IMG/VR virus record: IMGVR_UViG_2565956607_000008
Location: 1 to 20,816 of that record
Origin: a virus
Taxonomy: Duplodnaviria > Heunggongvirae > Uroviricota > Caudoviricetes
Reading direction: 5' to 3' (one strand)
DNA length: 20,816 bases
The translations under genes were made by a program, and so were the position numbers. The notes under the pieces were generated by a model that saw nothing but the letters and a program-made list of their open reading frames with translations, was not told where the DNA came from and made no database searches. The stretch's first letter is position 1, and each line of letters starts with the position of its first letter. Shown in pieces: positions 7,624 through 15,068 of this stretch.

Positions 7624-8405
7624 ACAGCCTCCCCAAGCACCCAACGGAGTGCGCTCGCATACTCACCCTCGGCTGATTCCAGGGCTTTTGTGATTTCTTT
7701 GCGGGTTTTCAGGCGCGGCTTTGCCTCGCCGAGGATCTGACGCTGACGCCGGGCTTTTTCATGGCCGGTTGTGCCAGCAGTTGCCGCTTCGATTTCAGAT
7801 ACCTTCTCCCGCTGCTCTTCAGGTTTAAGCGATGCCAGCTGACGCGCCTGGGTAACAGTGACCGTTCCGGACTCCACTGCATCGCGAACAGCCTGGGTGG
7901 CATCCAGCAGTGACAGCGTTGCGCGTACGGTCTGGACACTCACGCCAAACATCAGCGCTAAATCGTCCTCGTCGTGCCCGCGCTCCAGCGCATCAGCCAT
8001 TTTCTTTGCTCGGCCCAGTGGCGTATCTGCTTGGCGGATTTCGTTAGCACTTACCATCGCCTGCGCCATGCGAACGGCGGAGCCACGTTTAGCGACTGCC
8101 GGAACCAGTAACGGTTCTTTACCCTCTTTCAACAGTCGCTTGTTGGCTTCCAGTGTATGGCGCACACGCTGGCGACCATCGACTACACAAGACAGCCCTG
8201 TTTCCGGGTCTTTCCAGACGATAATCGGCTCAAGAACGCCCTGATCCATGATGTTCAGCACCATTGCCTCGCTGATAGGCAGGTGGATACGCTCATCGTA
8301 AAGCGGGTGCGTTTTGTCCGTAACCAAGTGCAGGTTTTCAGGTTCGAACGTTAAAACATTCGTTTTGCCGCTGGCGCCGTATACCACCTTTGAGTCTTTA
8401 GCCAT
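7620..8405 (-). CDS. ParB-like nuclease domain protein (261 aa)
   Basis: VVDGRQRVRHTLEA resembles the ParB/sulfiredoxin-fold arginine motif; common in lambdoid early regions. Confidence 0.65.
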   Translation of the reverse strand: MAKDSKVVYGASGKTNVLTFEPENLHLVTDKTHPLYDERIHLPISEAMVLNIMDQGVLEPIIVWKDPETGLSCVVDGRQRVRHTLEANKRLLKEGKEPLLVPAVAKRGSAVRMAQAMVSANEIRQADTPLGRAKKMADALERGHDEDDLALMFGVSVQTVRATLSLLDATQAVRDAVESGTVTVTQARQLASLKPEEQREKVSEIEAATAGTTGHEKARRQRQILGEAKPRLKTRKEITKALESAEGEYASALRWVLGEAV

Positions 8406-8704
8406 CAGAGAGCCTCTACGTTACGGAAGCTGGTGGGGCAAATTGCTTTCAAATCGCGCATTGCTTCGAGGACATGCAGATTTGTGCGCTTCTTGGTGTG
8501 TCGCTCGGTCAGACGATCACACTCTTTCGCCCAGGATTTGACCTCTGCGAGAAGGGCGTCACGTTCGGTTCGCGTCTGGCGCAGAGCTACATTCGAAACA
8601 TCGAGGACGGTAGCCAGTTCCCTGATGATTGCTGCCTGTGCTGGTGGCATAGTTTGGGCTATTTCGTACGCCTGTTTAATAAGTTGATTTGCTGTCTTAG
8701 CCAT
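8405..8704 (-). CDS. Hypothetical protein, first gene of the early-left operon (about 99 aa)
   Basis: Internal ATG 8702..8704 with GGAGAA ribosome-binding site (MAKTANQLIKQAYE...); ATGA overlap with the ParB-like gene start. Confidence 0.5.
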   Translation of the reverse strand: MAKTANQLIKQAYEIAQTMPPAQAAIIRELATVLDVSNVALRQTRTERDALLAEVKSWAKECDRLTERHTKKRTNLHVLEAMRDLKAICPTSFRNVEAL

Positions 8705-9007
8705 CTTTTGTTCTCCATCTGACGCGCTGCAACGCGTAAATTTAGGGTGCAGCAACCCAACCCATGAGAGTGGGTGAATAGCTGGTTAAAATTTCTTGCT
8801 GATGGGGAGCCGCCACTGCAATGGCGGCACGTTAGTTCTCCACACAACGGAAAGAGCACTGAAGCACTGGAAACTCACTTGACTAACACAGTGCTTTTTC
8901 CTGTTGTGTGCCGGGCTTCCACCGGCTCCCATCTGTTTTTAAAGCCACTCAGATATCGTCTGGGCTGCGTCGTCTCCGTGCATCACACGTTTTCGCGACC
9001 GCTGAAA

Positions 9008-9067
9008 TAAATCTAAAATAATTTAGTTTTTTGGTCAAGGTGAATAAACTAAATATTCTTAGTTTTC
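9008..9067. promoter_or_regulatory. Putative left operator/promoter region (OL/pL)
   Basis: Two 14-bp near-palindromes CTAAAATAATTTAG (9013..9026) and CTAAATATTCTTAG (9049..9062) sharing half-sites with the OR repeats; a leftward TTGACC / TAGATT-like promoter overlaps them. Confidence 0.45.
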
Positions 9068-9092
9068 ACCATTGATAGAGTAGAGGAAAGGA

Positions 9093-9737
9093 TTAGCGGC
9101 GCATCTGGCGGCGGTGTTCGACAACGACACCGATGATGGAAATTTTTTCAACAGCAGAGTTTAAAGCAGCAAAATCAGGGTTTAACGGGACCAATTCGAA
9201 AACCTCTTCACCATTTTCGTTGACACCCCTTGCACGGTATTTTTTAAAAGTGGCGTATTCACTACCGTTTTTGGCTACAACATAGTCCCCAGGACCTGGA
9301 CACAAGTCAGGATCCACAATGATAGTGTCTCCCTCTTTGAACTCTGGCTCCATAGATTTTCCACGTACCTTAAGAGCGAAGGTACCAAACGAATGAGCGC
9401 CGTTTGTTAAAATGTAATCCACGGCACCCTCTAAATTACGAGCATCACTTTCAGATGTCCAAGTTCCTGCTTGAACCCAACTTATGATAGGGATCTGCAT
9501 AGCGCCTAAGTTGCCAGGCGCTACATTGGAGAGTTCCTCTTTACCGGTGAGGAGAAAGTCCTCAGAAACACCAAAATACCGAGCTAATTTTGTCAGCGAG
9601 ACTCCTCCGGGTATGTTTTGGTCTTTCTCCCAGTATCCAATGGTGACATCTGTCACTCCAACAACTTTACCCAGTTGCTTCTGGGTAAGCTTACGATCCT
9701 TTCTTAATGATTTTAAACGACTTCCAAATGTGCTCAC
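9093..9737 (-). CDS. cI: CI-like prophage repressor (HTH_XRE N-terminus, S24 LexA-like peptidase C-terminus; 214 aa)
   Basis: N-terminal MSTFGSRLKSLRKDRKLTQKQLGKVVGV... HTH; C-terminal ...KVRGKSMEPEFKEGDTIIVDPD... Ser-Lys dyad region typical of autocleaving repressors; GTG start; divergent from cro. Confidence 0.85.
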   Translation of the reverse strand: MSTFGSRLKSLRKDRKLTQKQLGKVVGVTDVTIGYWEKDQNIPGGVSLTKLARYFGVSEDFLLTGKEELSNVAPGNLGAMQIPIISWVQAGTWTSESDARNLEGAVDYILTNGAHSFGTFALKVRGKSMEPEFKEGDTIIVDPDLCPGPGDYVVAKNGSEYATFKKYRARGVNENGEEVFELVPLNPDFAALNSAVEKISIIGVVVEHRRQMRR

Positions 9738-9760
9738 TGTGGTTCGCCATGTTATGAAAA

Positions 9761-9824
9761 CTAAATTATCTTAGCTTTAATTGACCTAAATTTGCTTTGG
9801 TCTTAATATCTAAATAAATTTAGG
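9761..9824. promoter_or_regulatory. Putative right operator region (OR) with three repressor-binding palindromes
   Basis: CTAAATTATCTTAG (9761..9774), CTAAATTTGCTTTGG (9786..9800), CTAAATAAATTTAG (9810..9823), spaced about 24 bp apart between the divergent cI and cro starts. Confidence 0.5.
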
Positions 9825-9831
9825 AGGGTGT

Positions 9832-10041
9832 ATGACAACAACAGAGTTAGAAACGTTCTTCGGAACCCCCAACAAGGCAGCAGACTTCTTCGGTGTTTCT
9901 CCTGAGGCTTTTTATCAATGGCGAAAACGACCGGGCAGTTTGATCCCAAAAGGTCGTGCTGCAGAAGCTGCATATCGTACTAATGGGCAGCTTGTTTTTC
10001 GACCTGAACTTTACCAAAAGGCTACAGATTCAGCTGCTTGA
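9832..10041 (+). CDS. cro: Cro-like small DNA-binding regulator (69 aa)
   Basis: ATG preceded by AGGAGG at 9821..9826; divergent from cI across the operator region; small basic HTH-like protein. Confidence 0.7.
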   Translation: MTTTELETFFGTPNKAADFFGVSPEAFYQWRKRPGSLIPKGRAAEAAYRTNGQLVFRPELYQKATDSAA

Positions 10042-10186
10042 AAGTAACTACAAATCGAATTTTAAAGGGGTAGGTGTGACAAAAAAAATTGAATCAGAGG
10101 TGATAAAGCGGTTGCAAGCGCTCAACCCTGAAACGGTAAGGCTGGATGAAATGAATCGAGTAGTGACTCTGATCGGGTGGACCTTA

Positions 10187-10510
10187 TCAGAAAAACTTCC
10201 AGACACCTATAGCGATGAGAACAAAGGCAAGGATATCGAACACGACTCCGATTCGCTTGGGATTTCTCGGGTAACAAGAAATGGTTGCTGTAACCCGACC
10301 GAGGCCGTCGTACTGGAGCATTTCCTGGTAGGGGTGGTTAATCCACTCACCAATGCCCCAAAAAAAGACGCCAAGGGAAACCAGTGCTGTAGGGCCAGGA
10401 GGATATGCAGAAAGAACTCCAGTACCGTTCAGCAGAAAAACGAATGCACCAGCGACAATCAAAACTTTGTACCAGTAGTCCAGAGTCAATTTAGACAAAG
10501 GGTTATTCAT
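10187..10510 (-). CDS. Small integral membrane protein (107 aa, about 3 predicted TM helices), possible moron
   Basis: Strongly hydrophobic segments with aromatic belts. The overlapping plus-strand ORF 9956..10546 translates to Cys/Arg-rich text typical of antisense noise. Weak ribosome-binding site, so uncertain. Confidence 0.4.
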   Translation of the reverse strand: MNNPLSKLTLDYWYKVLIVAGAFVFLLNGTGVLSAYPPGPTALVSLGVFFWGIGEWINHPYQEMLQYDGLGRVTATISCYPRNPKRIGVVFDILAFVLIAIGVWKFF

Positions 10511-10568
10511 TTAATACACCGGCTGTTCCGTGGGCTAAGAAAGTGATTTTAAGCGAAGGGTTATCAAC

Positions 10569-11036
10569 ATGGTAGAACAAAAGCAAAGTTTGAAAGATGT
10601 AGTCAAGGCTATGTGTAAGTCCATACATGGTGGGCGTGAGGCTATGGCTGGCGCGCTAGGCATGACCTTAACGCAGTTCAATAACAACCTTTATGAGAAA
10701 AATGGTTGTCGTTTCTTCGAAGTCAGCGAACTGGAAGCGATGGAGGACATTTCCAACACGTCGTTACTGGCTGACTACTTCGCTCGCCGTCGTGGTGCTC
10801 TGCTGGTGGATGTTCCGCACCTGGAAGAACTGGACCGCGTGGACTTATTTAGCCGGGCAATGCGTACCTCTGCCGCCAGGGGGCAGGTTGATCAGATTAT
10901 CGAACAGGCGCTTGAAGATGGCGTTATTGAAAGGCACGAGGCCGAAGAAATCATGGTGCATCACCGCCGTCACCTGGCAGCTCGTGAAGAAGAGATTGCC
11001 GCAATCATCACGCTTTTTTCACGCAAAAAGAAGTGA
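10569..11036 (+). CDS. CII-like phage regulatory protein (CP76/YdaT-like family; 155 aa)
   Basis: Position downstream of cro; N-terminal pattern (LKDVVKAMCKSIHGGREAMAGALGMTLTQFNN) recalled as the phage CP76-type CII family. Recollection, not a search. Confidence 0.6.
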   Translation: MVEQKQSLKDVVKAMCKSIHGGREAMAGALGMTLTQFNNNLYEKNGCRFFEVSELEAMEDISNTSLLADYFARRRGALLVDVPHLEELDRVDLFSRAMRTSAARGQVDQIIEQALEDGVIERHEAEEIMVHHRRHLAAREEEIAAIITLFSRKKK

Positions 11037-11273
11037 CGCCAGCGAGTTGCAGCTCCTGGCGTCGTGGCGTGTCGTTATCAGTGGAGATTACTAACGCATG
11101 AACAGTTTATCAACACAGTACCGCAGGTCGCAACTTGTAGCGCGTCCGGTTCCTGGTGGATCAGGGCCGGTGCAGTTCGTGTATGGGGTAAGAGTACCAG
11201 GCGGGTTCGAGCCTGTCTGCTACCAGTTTGCTCAGTGGGTGGTAGGGGACTTTAACGGCCAGGCGGAGAAAGT

Positions 11274-11453
11274 ATGCGAGAACTTAACCGATGGTTCAGA
11301 GATCACTACGGTGTCCCGGTCAGGGTCATACGCTGGGAGCCCCAAACACAGCGCGTTATATACCTGCGTGAAGGGTACGAGCATGAATGCTTTAGCCCCC
11401 TCGAGCAATTCAGACGTAAATTCAGAGAAATAAAGGACGATCATGAGCACTAA
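11274..11453 (+). CDS. Small basic protein (59 aa), below the ORF-track size cut-off
   Basis: ATG 11274 preceded by GGAG; translation MRELNRWFRDHYGVPVRVIRWEPQTQRVIYLREGYEHECFSPLEQFRRKFREIKDDHEH; its stop overlaps the start of the replication gene. The alternative ORF 11098..11433 looks low-complexity. Confidence 0.35.
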   Translation: MRELNRWFRDHYGVPVRVIRWEPQTQRVIYLREGYEHECFSPLEQFRRKFREIKDDHEH

Positions 11454-12396
11454 ATTAACAGGATACGTCTGGGACGCTTGTGCATCTTCGGGGATGAAGC
11501 TATCCAGCGTGGCAATCATGGCGCGCCTGGCTGACTTCAGCAACGATGAGGGTGTTTGCTGGCCTTCTATTGCGACCATATCCCGTCAGATTGGCGCTGG
11601 TGAAAGTACTGTCAGAACGGCGATAGCTGCACTTGAGAAAGAGGGGTGGCTCACTCGTACGCAGCGCCGCAACGGCAACCGTAATGCATCGAACGTCTAC
11701 CAGCTCAACGTTTCCAAACTACAGAAAGCGGCATTTTCTCACCTGTCAGTTTCTGACACATCAAAATCTGACGCGTCAAAATCTGATGCGTCAAAAATTG
11801 ACCCCTCAAAATTTGATGCGTCGGAATCCATCAAAAAAACCGGTTTTGACCCGTCAGAATCTGGTGGGGATCCGTCAGTAAAATCAACTACTGATCCATC
11901 AGATATAAATCCTTCTTGTCCGGACGCTTCGCAACCGGACGAACAGGGCTCTGCTGATGAATTTCTGTCACGACATCCTGACGCGGTGGTGTACAGCGCT
12001 GCAAAGCGGCAGTGGGGCAGCCAGGACGATTTAACCTGCGCTGAGTTCATTTGGGGAAAAATTATCAGCATGTACGAACTGGCGGCTGAAAGTGATGGTG
12101 AGGTAGTTCGCCCTAAAGAACCAAACTGGACCGCATGGGCGAATGAGGTTCGCCTGATGGTGATGCAGGACGGGAGAACCCATAAACAAATTTGCTCACT
12201 TTTCAAGCGCGCCAACAAAGATTCGTTCTGGTGTAAAAACGTGCTCAGCCCGTCGAAGCTGCGGGAAAAATGGGATGAGCTGTCGTTAAAACTATCTGCT
12301 CCACTCAATAGCTCCCGCCAGGAATCGTCCATTTCGCGAGCCAGCTTCGACGGGGTTGATTACTCATTGCCAGAAAACTCGGGGTTCCGCACATGA
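11443..12396 (+). CDS. Replication initiator, lambda O-like architecture (317 aa)
   Basis: N-terminal winged-helix-like region, then pentapeptide repeats (SKSDA-like) encoded by 15-bp DNA iterons, then C-terminal domain; stop overlaps the dam start (ATGA). Confidence 0.7.
   Translation: MSTKLTGYVWDACASSGMKLSSVAIMARLADFSNDEGVCWPSIATISRQIGAGESTVRTAIAALEKEGWLTRTQRRNGNRNASNVYQLNVSKLQKAAFSHLSVSDTSKSDASKSDASKIDPSKFDASESIKKTGFDPSESGGDPSVKSTTDPSDINPSCPDASQPDEQGSADEFLSRHPDAVVYSAAKRQWGSQDDLTCAEFIWGKIISMYELAAESDGEVVRPKEPNWTAWANEVRLMVMQDGRTHKQICSLFKRANKDSFWCKNVLSPSKLREKWDELSLKLSAPLNSSRQESSISRASFDGVDYSLPENSGFRT
11751..11835. repeat. Iteron array inside the replication gene (putative prophage origin)
   Basis: Four to five tandem 15-bp units TCAAAATCTGACGCG / TCAAAATCTGATGCG / TCAAAAATTGACCCC / TCAAAATTTGATGCG containing TGACGCGTCA-type palindromes, followed by an A-rich stretch. 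Confidence 0.55.
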
Positions 12397-13202
12397 GCAA
12401 GCCATTTCTGAAATGGGCTGGTGGAAAGTATACCCAGCTGGCTGACCTGTTCGTGCATATCCCGGCAGGGAAACGCCTGATAGATCCATTCGTTGGTGGT
12501 GGGTCAGTATTCCTGAACAGCGAAAAGCACGCAGATTACCTGCTGGCGGACGTTAACCCGGACCTGATTAATCTGTATCAGATGTTAGCGGTCGTGCCGG
12601 ATGAAGTGGAATTGAAGGCCCGCTGGATGTTCGAGCACATGCGGTCACCAGATGGTTATGAGCTGATCCGTTCCGAGTTCAACGCTCAGACGCTGGATGC
12701 TACTGAACGCGCAGCTGCATTCCTGTATCTCAACCGGCATTGCTTCAATGGCCTGATGCGCTACAACCAGGCTAACAAATTCAATGTGGGCTGGGGAGGC
12801 TACAAGGCTCCGTATTACCCGATGGATGAGATGAAAGCCTTCGCGGCTATGGCGCATAACTGCGTATTCATGACTGCTGATTACCGTCGGACAATCAGCC
12901 TGGCCGGGAAAGGGGATGTGGTTTACTGCGATCCGCCTTACGAACCGATGCCGGGAACAGCCGGATTCACTGCCTACGCCGCTGGTGGGTTTAACTGGGA
13001 GAACCAGGTAGACCTGGCGAAGCAATGTGTATCTGCCTTTCACCGCGGGGCTCGGGTAGTAATTTCTAACTCATCCGCACCGAAGGTTCTCGATCTGTAC
13101 CGGGAGCATGGTTTTAACCTGCAATTCATCAAAGCGCGCCGTTCGATCTCCTGCAAAAGCAGTACGCGGGAAGTCGCCAAAGATGTCGTGGCTATCCTGT
13201 GA
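12393..13202 (+). CDS. dam: DNA adenine methyltransferase, Dam family (N6-adenine, orphan; 269 aa)
   Basis: Motif FLKWAGGK near the N-terminus and catalytic DPPY (VYCDPPYEP); no adjacent restriction endonuclease gene. Confidence 0.9.
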   Translation: MSKPFLKWAGGKYTQLADLFVHIPAGKRLIDPFVGGGSVFLNSEKHADYLLADVNPDLINLYQMLAVVPDEVELKARWMFEHMRSPDGYELIRSEFNAQTLDATERAAAFLYLNRHCFNGLMRYNQANKFNVGWGGYKAPYYPMDEMKAFAAMAHNCVFMTADYRRTISLAGKGDVVYCDPPYEPMPGTAGFTAYAAGGFNWENQVDLAKQCVSAFHRGARVVISNSSAPKVLDLYREHGFNLQFIKARRSISCKSSTREVAKDVVAIL

Positions 13203-13226
13203 GCTGCCTGCCGTGGAGAAAATGAC

Positions 13227-14207
13227 ATGAGAGCATTACTCACTCCTGAAATTGCCCCACGCATGGGCATTGTTCTGCTTCGCCCTGGCGCCGATCTGAT
13301 GCCGATGTTCAGGAGAGGGCGGGTACTGATTGAGCCTGCACCGGAAAAATACAGTGAATACGCAACCGGCGCCATTCCTCCCGCCACGCAGCCACTGGCA
13401 GAAGACCCGGTTTTGAAACCAGTATTCGAAAACCACGACGTCATTCTGCGTGCGGGGGGGATTAGCTCGCTGGAGGCCGAGCTGGAGCGTCGTTTTGAAT
13501 GCCAGTACCCGCACGGCTCATGGCACAGTGAAAATTTTACGCTGTTCCGGCATGAGCCTGGCAGCATCCGGCTTTGCTGGGCCTGCGACAACCTGGTGCG
13601 AGATCAGTACACAGAGACGCTGGCAGGCATTGCGCGTGAGAACCTGGTATCCTGGCTGATAAAGGTCATCCGCTCACAACTGGGGTTCAACGAAGACCAT
13701 CAACTGACGATCCCGGAGTTGTGCTGGTGGCTGGTTATAAACAATCTGGCGCACGTCATTCCTGAATCGCTGGCCCGGAAAGCCCTGCGATTGCCGGAAA
13801 TAAAGCATCAACCAGTGATGAAGGAGAGCGATATTGTGCCGGAGCCAGCGGCGAGCGAAGTGGTGCAGAAAAAGATTCTCGGTCTTCGCGTAGATCCTGA
13901 AACGCCGGAATCATTCATGCTGCGACCAAAGCGTCGCCGCTGGGTAAACGAGAGCTGGACGCGCTGGGTTAAGTCCCAGCAGTGTGTCTGCTGTAACAAA
14001 CAAGCAGATGATCCCCATCACCTGATAGGCCACGGACAAGGTGGAATGGGAACAAAAGCGCATGACCTGTTTGTGTTGCCGCTTTGCAGAGCGCATCACG
14101 ACGAGTTGCACGCTGACACCGTGGCATTTGAGGAGAAGCACGGCTCACAGCTGGAGCTGCTGTTTCGATTTCTGGATCGTTCGCTGGCAATTGGCGTGCT
14201 GGCTTAA
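13227..14207 (+). CDS. DUF968-like phage protein with C-terminal HNH/zinc-binding motif (326 aa)
   Basis: C-terminal CVCC...HHLIGHGQGGMGTKAHDLFVLPLCRAHHDELH pattern; position in the nin-like region between replication genes and Q. Confidence 0.65.
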   Translation: MRALLTPEIAPRMGIVLLRPGADLMPMFRRGRVLIEPAPEKYSEYATGAIPPATQPLAEDPVLKPVFENHDVILRAGGISSLEAELERRFECQYPHGSWHSENFTLFRHEPGSIRLCWACDNLVRDQYTETLAGIARENLVSWLIKVIRSQLGFNEDHQLTIPELCWWLVINNLAHVIPESLARKALRLPEIKHQPVMKESDIVPEPAASEVVQKKILGLRVDPETPESFMLRPKRRRWVNESWTRWVKSQQCVCCNKQADDPHHLIGHGQGGMGTKAHDLFVLPLCRAHHDELHADTVAFEEKHGSQLELLFRFLDRSLAIGVLA

Positions 14208-14225
14208 TTCAGTGGAGATGAGTTA

Positions 14226-14570
14226 ATGCGTGATATGTATGAAATTTTAGACCGCTGGGGAGCATGGGCTGCAGCTGATAGTAGTGGTGTTGATTGGAAA
14301 CCCATTGCCGCAGGTTTTAAAGGTTTGTTACCTCATGGAAAGAAAACACGTCATCAATGCGATGATGATGAAGGAATCATGATTGACGGCTGTGTAGCGC
14401 GATTGCGGAAGTATAAGCCAGAAGAGTATGAGTTAATAATTGCTCATTTTGTTATTGGTTTCTCATTAAGAAGCATCGCGAAGAAACGGAAGTGTTCTGA
14501 TGGGACCATCAGGAAGGAATTGCAGACTGCAATGGGGTTTGTAGATGGTTGTTTAGAAATGGTTAACTGA
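14226..14570 (+). CDS. Late-gene antitermination protein Q (QuuD-like family; 114 aa)
   Basis: MRD...LDRWGAWAA...DWKPIAAGFKGL...RHQCDDDEG...DGCVARL...CSDGTIRKELQTAMGFVDGCL closely follows the pattern I recall for DLP12-type Q antiterminators. Confidence 0.8.
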   Translation: MRDMYEILDRWGAWAAADSSGVDWKPIAAGFKGLLPHGKKTRHQCDDDEGIMIDGCVARLRKYKPEEYELIIAHFVIGFSLRSIAKKRKCSDGTIRKELQTAMGFVDGCLEMVN

Positions 14571-14594
14571 AGTCTTAATGTGACTTCAGTTAAC
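14562..14594. terminator. Perfect 13-bp-stem hairpin (33-bp palindrome) between convergent Q and the reverse-strand cassette
   Basis: GTTAACTGAAGTC-TTAATGT-GACTTCAGTTAAC; overlaps the Q stop codon; only weak U-tracts on either side, so it may be a bidirectional terminator or a protein-binding palindrome. Confidence 0.4.
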
Positions 14595-14606
14595 ATTAAC
14601 GGCTAA

Positions 14607-15068
14607 TTAAAAGCTTTTAAGATATTTGCTTTTGATTTTTTCACTAACACTTTGTAATTCATGCAGTGTTGTGCCAACTTTATCAGCTTCATATTTTGTG
14701 TCATTGGTACATGCTTGGCGCAACTCTGCTATGAAACCTGTATCTTTTGTGCGGCTTGCATCAAGGAGTTGAATGCGTTCACATATAAACTCAACATGCC
14801 GTACGGACGATGTAAATATGAAATAAGATACTCTTTTGTCTTTTTCTTTATTCTCAAGTAGTTCCAGCATTTCACTATAAATGAAATCTAACTTGTAAAA
14901 CAACTCGTCTATCAATCTGTTTATTTCAAGTTTTTTGAGATTGTTTGCATTATTTTTCCGCGCCAAGTAGGCAGTAACTATCCATCCAATGATAGTTAAA
15001 CATATGCCCACAATAGCAATTATGGTAGCTGGTAGTGCCCATAAATTTGGAGTAACGGCTTGTTCCAT
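14607..15068 (-). CDS. Cassette gene C: single-pass membrane protein with helical cytoplasmic domain (153 aa)
   Basis: N-terminal hydrophobic helix (LWALPATIIAIVGICLTIIGWIVTAYLA) then charged helical region; 1-nt TAATG overlap with gene B; GAGGGATG ribosome-binding site; AT-rich. Confidence 0.7.
   Translation of the reverse strand: MEQAVTPNLWALPATIIAIVGICLTIIGWIVTAYLARKNNANNLKKLEINRLIDELFYKLDFIYSEMLELLENKEKDKRVSYFIFTSSVRHVEFICERIQLLDASRTKDTGFIAELRQACTNDTKYEADKVGTTLHELQSVSEKIKSKYLKSF

Noticed and set aside
7172-8244. Overlapping alternative-frame ORFs (7172..7666, 7342..7740, 7709..7939, 7858..8244)
   Set aside because: They overlap the coupled early-operon genes on either strand and have Arg/Ser/Cys-rich compositions typical of off-frame translations of G+C-rich coding DNA.
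8433-9010. Plus-strand ORFs in the early-left leader and first gene (8433..8687, 8474..8722, 8774..9010)
   Set aside because: Opposite to the direction of the operon and lacking ribosome-binding sites; the region is better explained as minus-strand coding plus untranslated leader.
9956-10546. Plus-strand 196-aa ORF overlapping cro and the membrane-protein gene
   Set aside because: Its start lies inside cro and its C-terminal half reads as Cys/Arg-rich noise; the minus-strand membrane protein is the more protein-like reading, though I keep that call at low confidence.
11098-11433. 111-aa ORF between the CII-like gene and the replication gene
   Set aside because: Gly/Ser/Val-rich low-complexity translation; the overlapping 59-aa frame with a better ribosome-binding site and coupling to the replication gene seems more plausible. 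Neither is certain.
11633-12332. ORFs 11633..11881 (+) and 11739..12332 (-) inside the replication gene
   Set aside because: Products of the iteron repeats read in other frames and the antisense strand; they show repeat-derived low complexity.
12645-14190. Several minus-strand ORFs antisense to dam, the DUF968-like gene and Q (12645..13043, 13040..13591, 13236..13514, 13808..13999, 13911..14141, 13969..14190)
   Set aside because: All overlap well-supported plus-strand genes with clear motifs and show Arg/Ser/Cys-rich antisense composition.
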